Assembly (NCBI GenBank): GCA_963766715.1
Contig: CAVYBH010000014.1
Coordinates: forward strand, 32,001-96,000
Direction: 5' to 3'
Source of the DNA: an uncultured delta proteobacterium
GTDB lineage: Bacteria; Myxococcota; Myxococcia; Myxococcales; Anaeromyxobacteraceae
Length of the DNA: 64,000 bases
In this document: one piece after another, positions 42,217 through 51,439 of the stretch
Layout of the letters: every line of letters starts with the position of its first letter
Numbering within the stretch: the first letter of the stretch is position 1
The notes under the pieces: model-generated
What the model saw: only the letters and a program-made list of their open reading frames with translations
What the model was told of the DNA's origin: nothing
Databases searched by the model: none
Program-made: the position numbers and the translations under genes

Positions 42217-45200
42217 TCAGACCCAGCGCATTCCCCCGTCGGCCGTGAAGAGCAGCCCGCATCTCACCGCGCCTGCCCTTGCGACGCCCAGCTCGACCAG
42301 GATTCGCCCGTAGCTCCGCACCTGCTCGACGTAGGCGGGGTGCGTTTCGCGGACGTCGCCGGTGGGCGGGCTGTCGGTCTTGAAGTCCACCACGCTCACC
42401 TGTCCATCCCGGGCGCCCAAGAGGTCGACGTAACCCTGGAGCAGCAGTCCGTCCCGACCCAGCGCGACGGGGTACTCCAGCCGGAGGTCTTCCCCTGGGA
42501 CGCGCCGCATCCCTGCTGCCTCGAGCGCGGAGAGGGCCCGGGTCACGTCGTCGGCCGCCTCGGCGTGGCGCTCGGCCAGCCCGGTCTCCCGCACCACCCG
42601 CGCGACCGCCCGGGCGGCGTCCAGTCCCGGCTCCCGGAGGCAGAGGCCGATCGCCCGGTGGACGGTGTCGCCGAAGACGCGGCCGAAGCGGCTCTCCCGC
42701 AGCCGGGGGCGCTCTCCGGCCCGCCCCTCGCCCTCGGACTCGGCGTCGACCCGCTCGTGGGCCTCGGTGGAGACACCCTTCGGCACGAAGCGCGGCGTCC
42801 CCGATCCGGCCGACGCCGAATCCCATTCCTTCCCGACTCGCCTCGACGGCTCGGCGACCTCCCGGGGGAGCCGTGCCGGTGGAGCCTCCACGTCCGTGGC
42901 CCAGGCGGGAGCGGCGTCGTCGGTCCACTCCTCGAGGACGTCGAGGGCAGGGGAGGAAGTTCCGACGAGGGCCGGGGTCACGAGCCCGGACTTGCCCGTG
43001 GTGACCACCGGCAGGACGAGGAGCTCGCGGGCCCGCGTCGCCGCGACGTAGACGAGGCGCCTGCGCTCGGCGGCCGCGTAGGCCTCCTCGCGCCCGAGGA
43101 AGCCGCTCTCCTCGGGCTCCTGCCAGGAGAGGCCGTCGATGTCGAGTGCCCACGCACTCCCGGTGCGCTCCACGAACCAGTGGGTCTGTCCCTTGCGCGG
43201 GGCGAAGCGGGCGTGCGCGTCCCACCAGGCCACGACCGGGAACTCGAGCCCCTTGGCCTGGTGGATCGACATGATCTGCACGGCCTCGGCGCCCACCGGG
43301 CGTGGGGGATCGAGGCCGACCGGATCCAGGGCCCAGGCCCGCAGGTGTGAGGTGACGCCGTCGAAGTCGAGCCCCTCCGCTGCGGCGATCCGTTCCAGCT
43401 CGAAGCACAGCTCACGCAGGCGCTCCAGCCGCTGCGAGCCGTTCGGTCCGAAGGCGACGGCGCGCCCGATTCCGGTGCGCTCGAGGAGGTCGCGCGCGGT
43501 CTCCCCGGGAGTCCGCTCGAACCGGCGCCGGCGCAGCTCCCCGACCAGCGCCTGGGCGGCGCGGGCCCGCTCGATGCCGGGGTCTCCCGGTCCGTCCCCG
43601 GCCGCCCCGGCCCGGACCAGGTCGGCCAGGTCCACGGCGAAGAAAGGCTCGCGGAGGAGCGCGGCCGTGGCGACGCCGTCCCGCGCGTCGGCGAGGGCCC
43701 GCAGGGCGAGCAGGAACTGCCGGTGAATAGGGTCCTGGAGGAAGAGGCTCGCTCCGCGGGCCGTCCACGGAACCCCGAGCCGGTCGAGCTCGTCGGTGAG
43801 CAGGCCCAGGTTGGTGGTGACGTGGGCGAGGATGGCGACGTCCCCGTAGCGGAATCCCCGCGCCTCGAGCGTCCGGAGCCACGTGGCGAGCACGGTGGCC
43901 TCCCTCGCCCGGTCGGGCCCCACCTTCTCGTCCTCGGTCGAGAAGGGCAGGACCACGACGCAGGCCGTCCGATCGCCTTCGCGCCCGGCGTCGAGGGGCC
44001 GATTCACGACCGTGCCCGCGTCCGGATCGAAGTCGCCCTTCCCTGGCTGGGCGCGCCCCAGGATGTCGTCGAACCGGGCGTTCAGGTGGGCGATGAGGGC
44101 GGGCTGTGAGCGGAAGTTGGCCGTGAGGGCGACCGCCAGGTGGCTGCCCTTCAGGACGATGGCGCGAACCGCGTCGTACACGGAGATGTCGGCCCGACGG
44201 AACCGGTAGATCGACTGCTTGGGGTCGCCGACCAGGGTCAGCTTCCCGGGGGCGAGCCGGACGTCGCCCCACTGCCCGGCCGCGGCGCCCTCTTCGCAGA
44301 GGTAGAGGACGATCTCGGCCTGCAGGGGATCGGTGTCCTGGAACTCGTCCACGAACACGTGGTCGAAGAGCGACTGCATCTCCAGCCGGACCTCCCGGCT
44401 GGACCGGAGCAGGTCCCGCAGGCACAGGAGGAGGTCGACCTGGTCCACCGCGCGGTGACGCGCCTTCACCTTCTCGTAGGTCGCCACCACGGCGGGGAAC
44501 GTGCGGACGAGCCGCGTGGCCATCCAGCGGTGGAGGGGACCGGTGATGCGTTCCTCGTAGGTGGGCTCGCTGCCCGGCTTGCCCCAGGCCTTCCAGGCCG
44601 CCCATCCGTCCGCGTCGTCCGGGAAGTCCCTGCGCATCTGGAGATCCGCGGGGCGCGGCGCCGACCGGACGAACCGGGCCACCTCCCGGTACAGGGTGAC
44701 GGGGTCGGACGCGGTGACGAGGGGCTCGAGTTGGCGCACGGCGCGCCTCATCCAGTCCGGACCCTTCCCCGTGCCGGTGGACGCGCGGGCCAGCGCGACG
44801 AATTCCTCGATGGCCTGGCCGACGCGCGCGGCCGGGAACGGCGCCGGCGGCCCGTCGGCCGGGGGCACGTCGCGGTGCAGGATGAAGCCATCGAAGAGCG
44901 CGTCCAGGCCGTGACGATCCCTCCAGGCGGTCTCCTTCGTCTCGGCGCGGACCTCGGCGGCGAGGGCGATCCGGATGTACTCCTGGGCCTCCTTCGCCCG
45001 CTCGGGTGGACAGGTGGTCCCGGCCAGCTCCTCGACGAGCCGACCGGCCTCGGAGGCCTGGAGCAGGATCTCGAAGGTCTCGTAGGTGAGCGCGGAGGCG
45101 TCCTCCACGATCTCGTAGGAGGGGCTCAGCCGGGCCTCGACCGGGCGCCGCCGGAGCAGCCGGTCCGCGAAGCCGTGGATCGTCCCGATGAAGGCGGTGT

Positions 45201-45516
45201 CCGCGGCGGAGAGCGCGAGCGCGAGCCGCTCCCGCCGGCGCGTCGAGGGCGCCCCGGCCAGCTCGGAGAGGAGCTTCTCGCGCACGCGGAGCTTCAGCTC
45301 GCCGGCGGCCTTGCGGGTGAAGGTCACCGCCGCGATGCGCTCGAGCGGGACGGCGTCCTGCGAGTCGTCGGACGGCGCCACCATCTCGACGAGCCGCGCG
45401 ACGAGGAGCGTGGTCTTCCCGGTTCCCGCACCGGCGTCCACCAGGACGTTCACGCCGCGTGACTGGATGGCGGCGTCGCGCTGCGCCTGGTCCGGAGCCG
45501 GCCGTCGAGCGCTCAT
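42217..45516 (-). CDS. AddA/AdnB-like UvrD helicase with a C-terminal RecB-type nuclease
   Basis: AGAGTGKT, TFTRKAA.EL, TIHGF, VDEFQDT, VGDPKQSIYRFR, NFRS, SIHQAKGLEF, YVAATRA, then GYVD..VDFKT..Q.RSY. Confidence 0.92.
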   Translation of the reverse strand: MSARRPAPDQAQRDAAIQSRGVNVLVDAGAGTGKTTLLVARLVEMVAPSDDSQDAVPLERIAAVTFTRKAAGELKLRVREKLLSELAGAPSTRRRERLALALSAADTAFIGTIHGFADRLLRRRPVEARLSPSYEIVEDASALTYETFEILLQASEAGRLVEELAGTTCPPERAKEAQEYIRIALAAEVRAETKETAWRDRHGLDALFDGFILHRDVPPADGPPAPFPAARVGQAIEEFVALARASTGTGKGPDWMRRAVRQLEPLVTASDPVTLYREVARFVRSAPRPADLQMRRDFPDDADGWAAWKAWGKPGSEPTYEERITGPLHRWMATRLVRTFPAVVATYEKVKARHRAVDQVDLLLCLRDLLRSSREVRLEMQSLFDHVFVDEFQDTDPLQAEIVLYLCEEGAAAGQWGDVRLAPGKLTLVGDPKQSIYRFRRADISVYDAVRAIVLKGSHLAVALTANFRSQPALIAHLNARFDDILGRAQPGKGDFDPDAGTVVNRPLDAGREGDRTACVVVLPFSTEDEKVGPDRAREATVLATWLRTLEARGFRYGDVAILAHVTTNLGLLTDELDRLGVPWTARGASLFLQDPIHRQFLLALRALADARDGVATAALLREPFFAVDLADLVRAGAAGDGPGDPGIERARAAQALVGELRRRRFERTPGETARDLLERTGIGRAVAFGPNGSQRLERLRELCFELERIAAAEGLDFDGVTSHLRAWALDPVGLDPPRPVGAEAVQIMSIHQAKGLEFPVVAWWDAHARFAPRKGQTHWFVERTGSAWALDIDGLSWQEPEESGFLGREEAYAAAERRRLVYVAATRARELLVLPVVTTGKSGLVTPALVGTSSPALDVLEEWTDDAAPAWATDVEAPPARLPREVAEPSRRVGKEWDSASAGSGTPRFVPKGVSTEAHERVDAESEGEGRAGERPRLRESRFGRVFGDTVHRAIGLCLREPGLDAARAVARVVRETGLAERHAEAADDVTRALSALEAAGMRRVPGEDLRLEYPVALGRDGLLLQGYVDLLGARDGQVSVVDFKTDSPPTGDVRETHPAYVEQVRSYGRILVELGVARAGAVRCGLLFTADGGMRWV

Positions 45517-48500
45517 TCCTCCTCCTCCTTCGCCTGCTTCGTCGCGAAGAAGGCCGCCACGGCTCCCTCCGCCTGGTCCGCGCCGGCGGACGCCCCTCTC
45601 GCGGACCGGCGCGCCGCAGACCGGAGCGAAGCAGCAGTAGTCGCAGTCCTCCGCCCGCGAGGTGGGCGGGAAGGCGTGCTCGGAGAGGAGCCCGGCCGCG
45701 ACGGAGAGCCAGCCCTTCGCCGCCGCGTCGAGCTGGGCGTGGTCGCCGCGGAACGCCCGCTCCGAAGGGCCGCTGGCGTAGACGTAGGCGGCCTGGACCT
45801 TCCTCGGGAGGCCCCATTCCGCGGCCATCTTCCTCGCCACCAGGCCGTACAGGCCGAGCTGGACGTCGCGCACCGGGGTCGGGCCCGCCTCCTCGCCCGT
45901 GCGCGGGTGCTCCCGGCCGGTCTTGAGGTCGCGGACCAGCGCGTGATCGCCCTCGACGTCGAGCCGGTCGATGTAGCCGCGGACGTGGAGGGGCGTCCCG
46001 CCCGCGTCGAGGACCACGCCGGAGAAGGCGCGCTCCACGCCCACGAAGCGGGAGAGCCGGAGGCCCGCGTCGTAGTCGAGGAAGGCCTCCAGGTCGCGCA
46101 CCAGCCTGGCCCGCTCCTTGTCGAGGACTCCCTTGCCCACGAGTGGATACCCGCCGCAGAGCCTGTCGAAGGAGTCGTCGGCGAACGTCCTCAGGACCCT
46201 CTTCCAGTGGGCCAGGTCCTTCTTCCCGGAGACGAAGGCCTCGCCGTGCGCGGCGTAGAAGTGCTCGGCCGCCTCGTGGAACATGCTGCCGTAGGAGAGC
46301 GCATCGATCTCGCGGATCGAGGGCGCACCGTCCGGTTCCTTCCAGCCCAGCACCCGCTCGCGGAGGAAGCGAAGCGGACAGGTGAGGAGCCGCTCCAGAG
46401 CCGACGCCGAGATCGGGTGCTCCGGGTCGAGCCCAGGGAAGCCGGGGAGCGGGCCGTCGTCCCCCAGGATCCCGTCGGCCGGCCCGAGATCGTCCCGGCT
46501 GCGCAGCGAGAGGATGGAGCCGATGTCGAGGCATGCCGCGCCGACCCAGGCAGGAGGCACCTCGCCCGTCGCGGCCGCCCGGTCGAGCCACTGGGCCTGC
46601 GAGACCGGGTTCGCGCTCCGGAACGCCAGCGCGGCCTCGCGAGCGGGCTCGAAGGACGTCCGCTGGAGCGAGGCCAGGTCGGGTATCGCCTCCAGCCGCT
46701 GCGCGTCGGGGCGCCCCAGCGCGGCGCCCACCTCGACCAGCAGGGACGAGATCTCCCGGTCGCTCCGCTCGGCGTCCGCGTGCGGGACCGAGAGCGCGAT
46801 TCGCGCGGTGGCTCCGCGCAGCGCCCGATCGAACGAGTGGAGCTGGGCCAGGACCCGGTCGCCCGAGACGGGGACCAGGATCCCCGCCTCTCCCCGCATG
46901 CGGTCGGGCAGTACCGGGTCCTCCCGGACCGCCGAGGGGAGCGCCCCCTCGCAGAGGCCGACGATGCGGACGGCCTGGAACTCGAGGCCCGCCGCGGATG
47001 CGACGGTGCCCACATAGACCGCCGGCTGGCCGAAGCGGACGGTGCCGAGGCGGAGCGACCCGAGTTGCTCCTCGATGAAGGACATCGCGCCGGCGCCGCG
47101 GACCGTCGAGGCGACCGCGTCGGTCGTGACGCGCTCCAGGGTCTCGCCGAGCAACGTCCGGACGGCCGCGCCCTTCCCGGGGAGGCGCACCCAGGTCTCC
47201 AGGAAGCCGGTGAGCGCCGGGGCGATCTCGGCGAGGGGGCGCGCCTCGACGACCTGCCTCGCCAGGCACACCAGCGCGTCGATCGCAGGGCGCGCCGCAC
47301 GGAGCGAGTCGAGGAGGGGTCGCAACTTCCACCCCTCCCGTGCCTCGGCCTCCTCGTCCAGCTCCTCGACCATCCTCGCCAGCTGGGCCTCGCGGGCCGC
47401 GACCCGCGGCGACCATTCGAGGGCGCCCTCGGGACGGGCGGAGCTCCCGCCCGCGGTGCCCACCCCCCACGCGATGGCGAGGGCGGTGCCGGGCGCGAGG
47501 CGGTCGCGGTCGCCGACCTTCACCTCCAGGCAGGGCAGGAGGTCGCTCATCGACCCGGCTGGAAGGAAGGCACCGAGTGCACGGACGACAGCCAGGACGC
47601 GCGCGCCCGCCGCGGTGGCCACGAGCGGGAGTCCCCCGGCGACGTGGACCGGGAACTCGCCGGCCGGCCAGGGCAAGCGCGAGATGCGGCTCGCGAGCAT
47701 GGGAGCGAGGGGGTGCTGGTGCGGGACGAGGACCGCCACGTCCTCGAGCGGCGTCCTGTGCGAGAGGACCTCCCGCGACACCCACTCGGCCGCGGCCTCC
47801 ACCTCGGTCTCGACCCCTGCGTACTCCTCGAGGGTCACGGTGCCGTCGGCTCCCCGGCTGCGCGGCCGGGAAGGGTCGGCGAGCGTCTGGGGGGCGCGAA
47901 GATGTACCGGCACAGGAGGTCGCGCTCCGTGGCGGTGGCGCCCGGCGGAGGTGCCTCCTCGAGGGCGGCCCGGGCCTCCGGGCCGAAGAGGGCCTCGAGG
48001 CGCTCGAGGTGGCGGGGGCGGATGGGGCGCGCGGCGAAGAGCGCGAAGCGTGGCCCCGGGCAGGGAACGCAGGAACCGGGCCTCGGCGGCCGTTTCACGT
48101 CCCGTCACGGTGACCAACGTCGGGCCCGTCGCCGGGCGAGCACCGCCCCGCAGGGCCTCGGCGGCCAGGAGGAAGATGCGCGCGCCGGTGGCGCTCCGGC
48201 CCGCGGCGGCGTCGAGGCGGCGCCAGAGCAGGCTCACGTCGCGCCATTGCGAAGACGTCCGGGGGAGCCCGTCGGGAGAGAGCCCCGCGCCTTCGAGGTC
48301 GCCGATGGCGGCGGCGAAGGCGTCCGGCCAGCCCTGCGTGTTTCGCAGGAGCTGCAGGTCGAAGTACTCCAGGGGAAGCTCATCCTGGAAGAGCCCGAGG
48401 AGGCGGGCCGCCCGGAGCGACTCCTCGCCCGGAAGGAGATCGCTGCCGGCCTCCGCCAGGATCTCCTGGGCCAGGGTCAGCGGGCCGACGAAGCGGGTGC

Positions 48501-48672
48501 CCGCCAGGGCGGCCGGGCGTCCGGAGCGGAGGAGGGCCCGGCGGAGGGAGTGGGCGTGGCGCTCGGAGGGGACGAGAGCCGTCCGGATGGGAAGGGCTCC
48601 CGACGCGGCGAGCGCGGCCACGGCCGAGGCCTGGTCGGAGAGCGAGTGGAAGATTGACCAGGAAGTGCCCAT
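45513..48672 (-). CDS. AddB/AdnA-like protein: inactive helicase scaffold plus PD-(D/E)XK nuclease with Fe-S Cys
   Basis: AAGLEFQAVRIVGL.EG.LP, SASALE..LTCPLRF, GSMFH, RGYIDRLD..RDLKTG..QLGLY, CDYC.FAPVC. An alternative-frame end TKQAKEEEE* overlaps the next ATG. Confidence 0.87.
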
Positions 48673-48682
48673 ACGGGCACGC

Positions 48683-48703
48683 ACTCTACCGGTCGGACGG
48701 ACT
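48683..48703 (-). promoter_or_regulatory. Shared promoter motif, copy 4 (before the addB-like gene)
   Basis: AGTCCGTCCGACCGGTAGAGT. Confidence 0.6.
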
Positions 48704-49505
48704 CACGTCCCGCATGCGTCGCGGGCCATCGCCACCGCCGTCCGGGCCGTGCCCGGATCCTGCGGGTCGAGCGACGAGATTGACTGGAGCGCACGCCGCA
48801 GCTCGAGCAAGGCCTGCCGGGCAAGGTCGGGCTCGCGAACCGGGTGCGCCGCCGCGTGGCCCGCTCGCTGGGTTCCGAGCGATCTCTCCAGCGCGGCGAG
48901 CCTCTCGAAGACGAAGAGCGGGTCTGGGCGATTCCTCACCCCCCGACCTCCACCCCGGTGACCAGGGTGCGGGCCGAGGAGAGCGCCGCGAGGTAGCGGT
49001 CCTCCTCCGGAGCGGGGACGAGGTCCTCCGGCGACGCGCGCACCGCGGCGAGGAAGTGATCCCGTGCGTCGAGGACGTGGCGCAGGGCGTCGTAGATTTC
49101 CTGCGCGCGCGCGACCCGGGAGTCCGCGCGGAAAGGCTCCGGCGCCGGAGCGATTGCCGGGGCCAGGGTCGGGTGCGGCGGCCGCAGGACGACCTCCAGC
49201 CGGGCCAGATCGGAGAGGTCCATGCGAGCGATGCCGAGGCCGACGTCGAACCGGGCCGGGCTCCCCTCCGGGAGCGCGTCGCACCAGCTCACCCGGACGA
49301 CGGCACTCACCGTCGAGTGGTCGGGGAGGAGCACGTCGACCTCCAGGACGTCGCCCCGGCGGAATGGCTGGTCGGTGTAGGTGAGGAAGCCCTTGTCGGG
49401 GTCGGGGACGCCTTCGCGCAGGAGGCCGTGCGCGAGCCTCGAGGTCGGCCGGTGCAGCATGGGCGCGAAGATGCGAGGGAAGCGGGGGTGTGCGGTCGGT
49501 GCCAT
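48703..49505 (-). CDS. PilZ-like domain protein with a helical C-terminus (ends at 48936 as sequenced, or at 48703 after a frameshift)
   Basis: R.FPRI.AP..., YTDQPF..GD.LEV.V.LPD...VVRVSWC..LP.GSPARFDVGL. Confidence 0.6.
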
Positions 49506-49685
49506 CGGCTTGCAGCGTTAGCAAGCTCCACACCAGGGAATGACCCCACCAGTCTTGGGGATTTCCGGCCCGGGGCCGAGGGGTCGAACTCGCCCCTGGG
49601 TGGCCGCCGATCCTGCCGGAACCTTTGAGATTCTCTCATGTCTGGCCTTGTACGGACGGCGGGGGCAAGCGATCCTCCGCCGCGT

Positions 49686-50733
49686 GAGTGCGCCCCCGGT
49701 CCCCCGCGATCGCCCCCTCGTGACGGCCGTGGTGGCGGCCCACGATGCCGAGCGGCACGTCGGCCGCGCACTCGCATCGCTGTCCGCGCAGACGGTCGAC
49801 GACCTCGAGATCGTCGTGGTGGACGACGGCTCGAGGGACGGCACCGCATCGGTGGTGGAGCGCATGGCGCGGGAGGACGCGCGGATCCGGCTCGTCCGGC
49901 TCGGCCAGAACCGCGGGCAGGCCGCGGCGCTCGACGCCGGGGTGGAATGCGCGCGCGGGCGTTTCGTCGCGCTCCTCGACGCCGACGACGAGGCGATGCC
50001 CACGCGGCTCGAGCTGCAGGTGGCTGCGTTCGACAGGGACCCCGGGCTCGTCCTGGTCGGCGGCGCCGTCGTTCCCTTCTGCGACCGGCACGGCGTGGAG
50101 GGGCCGTCCTGGCGCTACGCGGAGGAGGACGGACCCGTTCGCGTCCGGACCCTCTTCAAGTCGGAGGTCATCTCGGGGGCCATCACCCTGGACCGGGAGC
50201 GGATGACCGGGCACGGCCTTCGTTTCGACCGGACCCTGCGGCTCGGGGTGGACTGGGCGATGTCGTTCGCGGCGATGCAGGTGGGACGGGTCGGCAACGT
50301 CGGACCGGTGGTGATGCGCTACCGCATCCACCCCGGCCAGATGACCACCGGCATGCTCGACGACCTGGGCTCGGACAGCACCCGGATCCGGCGGGGCGTG
50401 CTCGCGTGGCTGGGCGTCCAGCCCACCGACGAGGAGATGCGAATCCACCTGGCCATCAGCCCGTGCAACTACTGGCCCTTCGGGTCGCACCCGTTCTTCC
50501 GGCGACGCCGCGTCTCGGTCCTCGGCGACGCGGTGCGATGGCTGGCGCGCCTCTCGGACGCGGCGGTCCGGACCGGGCGCGTGCCCGCGGCGGCGATGCG
50601 GGAGTATGCCGAGGAGATCGTCGCGCTCGTCGAGGGGGCGCTCGAGGAGCCGGAAGGAGAGCCGGTCGTCGCCCCCAGGTACTGCCCGGTCGCGACCCCG
50701 CTTCCCTGCGTCGTGGACGAGGCGTGCCGGTAG
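49686..50733 (+). CDS. Glycosyltransferase family 2
   Basis: VVVDDGSRDGT, NRGQAAA, ALLDADD, YRIHPGQ. Confidence 0.88.
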
Positions 50734-50749
50734 GCACGGAGGCAGGACG

Positions 50750-51013
50750 TCAGCCGAGCTTCTTCACGAGCTCGCCGACCAGGGTCACGTAGCGGGACTG
50801 CGCCTCCGCCGGCGCGACGCCCTTGCGGGAGGTCCAGGCGTCGAACTTGGCCCGCCCCTTCGGATCGAGGAGACCCGGCCGGCTTCCCTTCACGTCGCCC
50901 TCGGTGCCCTGCTTGTAGAGCCCGTACAGCTCGAGCAGCTCCGCGTTGGAGGGGCGCTTCGAGAGCTTCTTCACCCGCTCCTGCGCTTCCGCGAATGCGT
51001 CCTTGGCCGCCAT
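50750..51013 (-). CDS. Acyl-CoA-binding protein
   Basis: LLELYGLYKQGTEGD..RPG..D.KGRAKFDAW. Confidence 0.92.
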   Translation of the reverse strand: MAAKDAFAEAQERVKKLSKRPSNAELLELYGLYKQGTEGDVKGSRPGLLDPKGRAKFDAWTSRKGVAPAEAQSRYVTLVGELVKKLG

Positions 51014-51060
51014 GGCGTCCTCCCGTGGGCTGCTCTTACAATGCGCGATCGGAGGATGCC

Positions 51061-51433
51061 ATGTTCCGGACCAAGCGAGCCTACGAGCCGGCCGGGGCGG
51101 AGGACGGCTACCGGGTTCTCGTCGAGCGCCTGTGGCCCCGCGGGCTCACCAAGGAGCGCGCCGCGCTCGACCACTGGGCGAAGGAGGTCGCACCGAGCCC
51201 GGCGCTCCGCACCTGGTACGCGCACGACCCGGAGCGCTTCGAGGCCTTCGCCGTCCGCTACCGCAAGGAGCTGGCGGCGCCCGCGGCGCAGGCGGTCCTC
51301 GCCGATCTCCGCCGGCGCGGGGCGCGGGGCGCGGTCACGCTCGTGTACGCGGCGCGCGACGAGGAGCACAACAGCGCGGTCCTCCTGCTGCGCGAGCTGA
51401 CGCGCCGTCGCCGGCCGGCCTCGCGAGCGCTGA
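51061..51433 (+). CDS. DUF488 (YeaO-like) protein; stop approximate
   Basis: KRAYEP..DGYRVLVERLWPRG..K..W.KEVAPS..LR.W..VTLVYAARDEEHN.A. Confidence 0.88.
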
Positions 51434-51439
51434 CGCCGC

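Noticed and set aside
45600..46420. Cas4-like nuclease suggesting CRISPR-Cas
   Set aside because: It is the Fe-S nuclease domain of the AddB-like protein. No cas genes or repeat-spacer array were seen.
42217..48684. Single 2155-aa AddB-AddA fusion ORF
   Set aside because: An alternative frame near 45595 gives a natural end (AVAAFFATKQAKEEEE*) overlapping an ATG with a GGAGGA SD, so the fusion is most likely an indel artefact.
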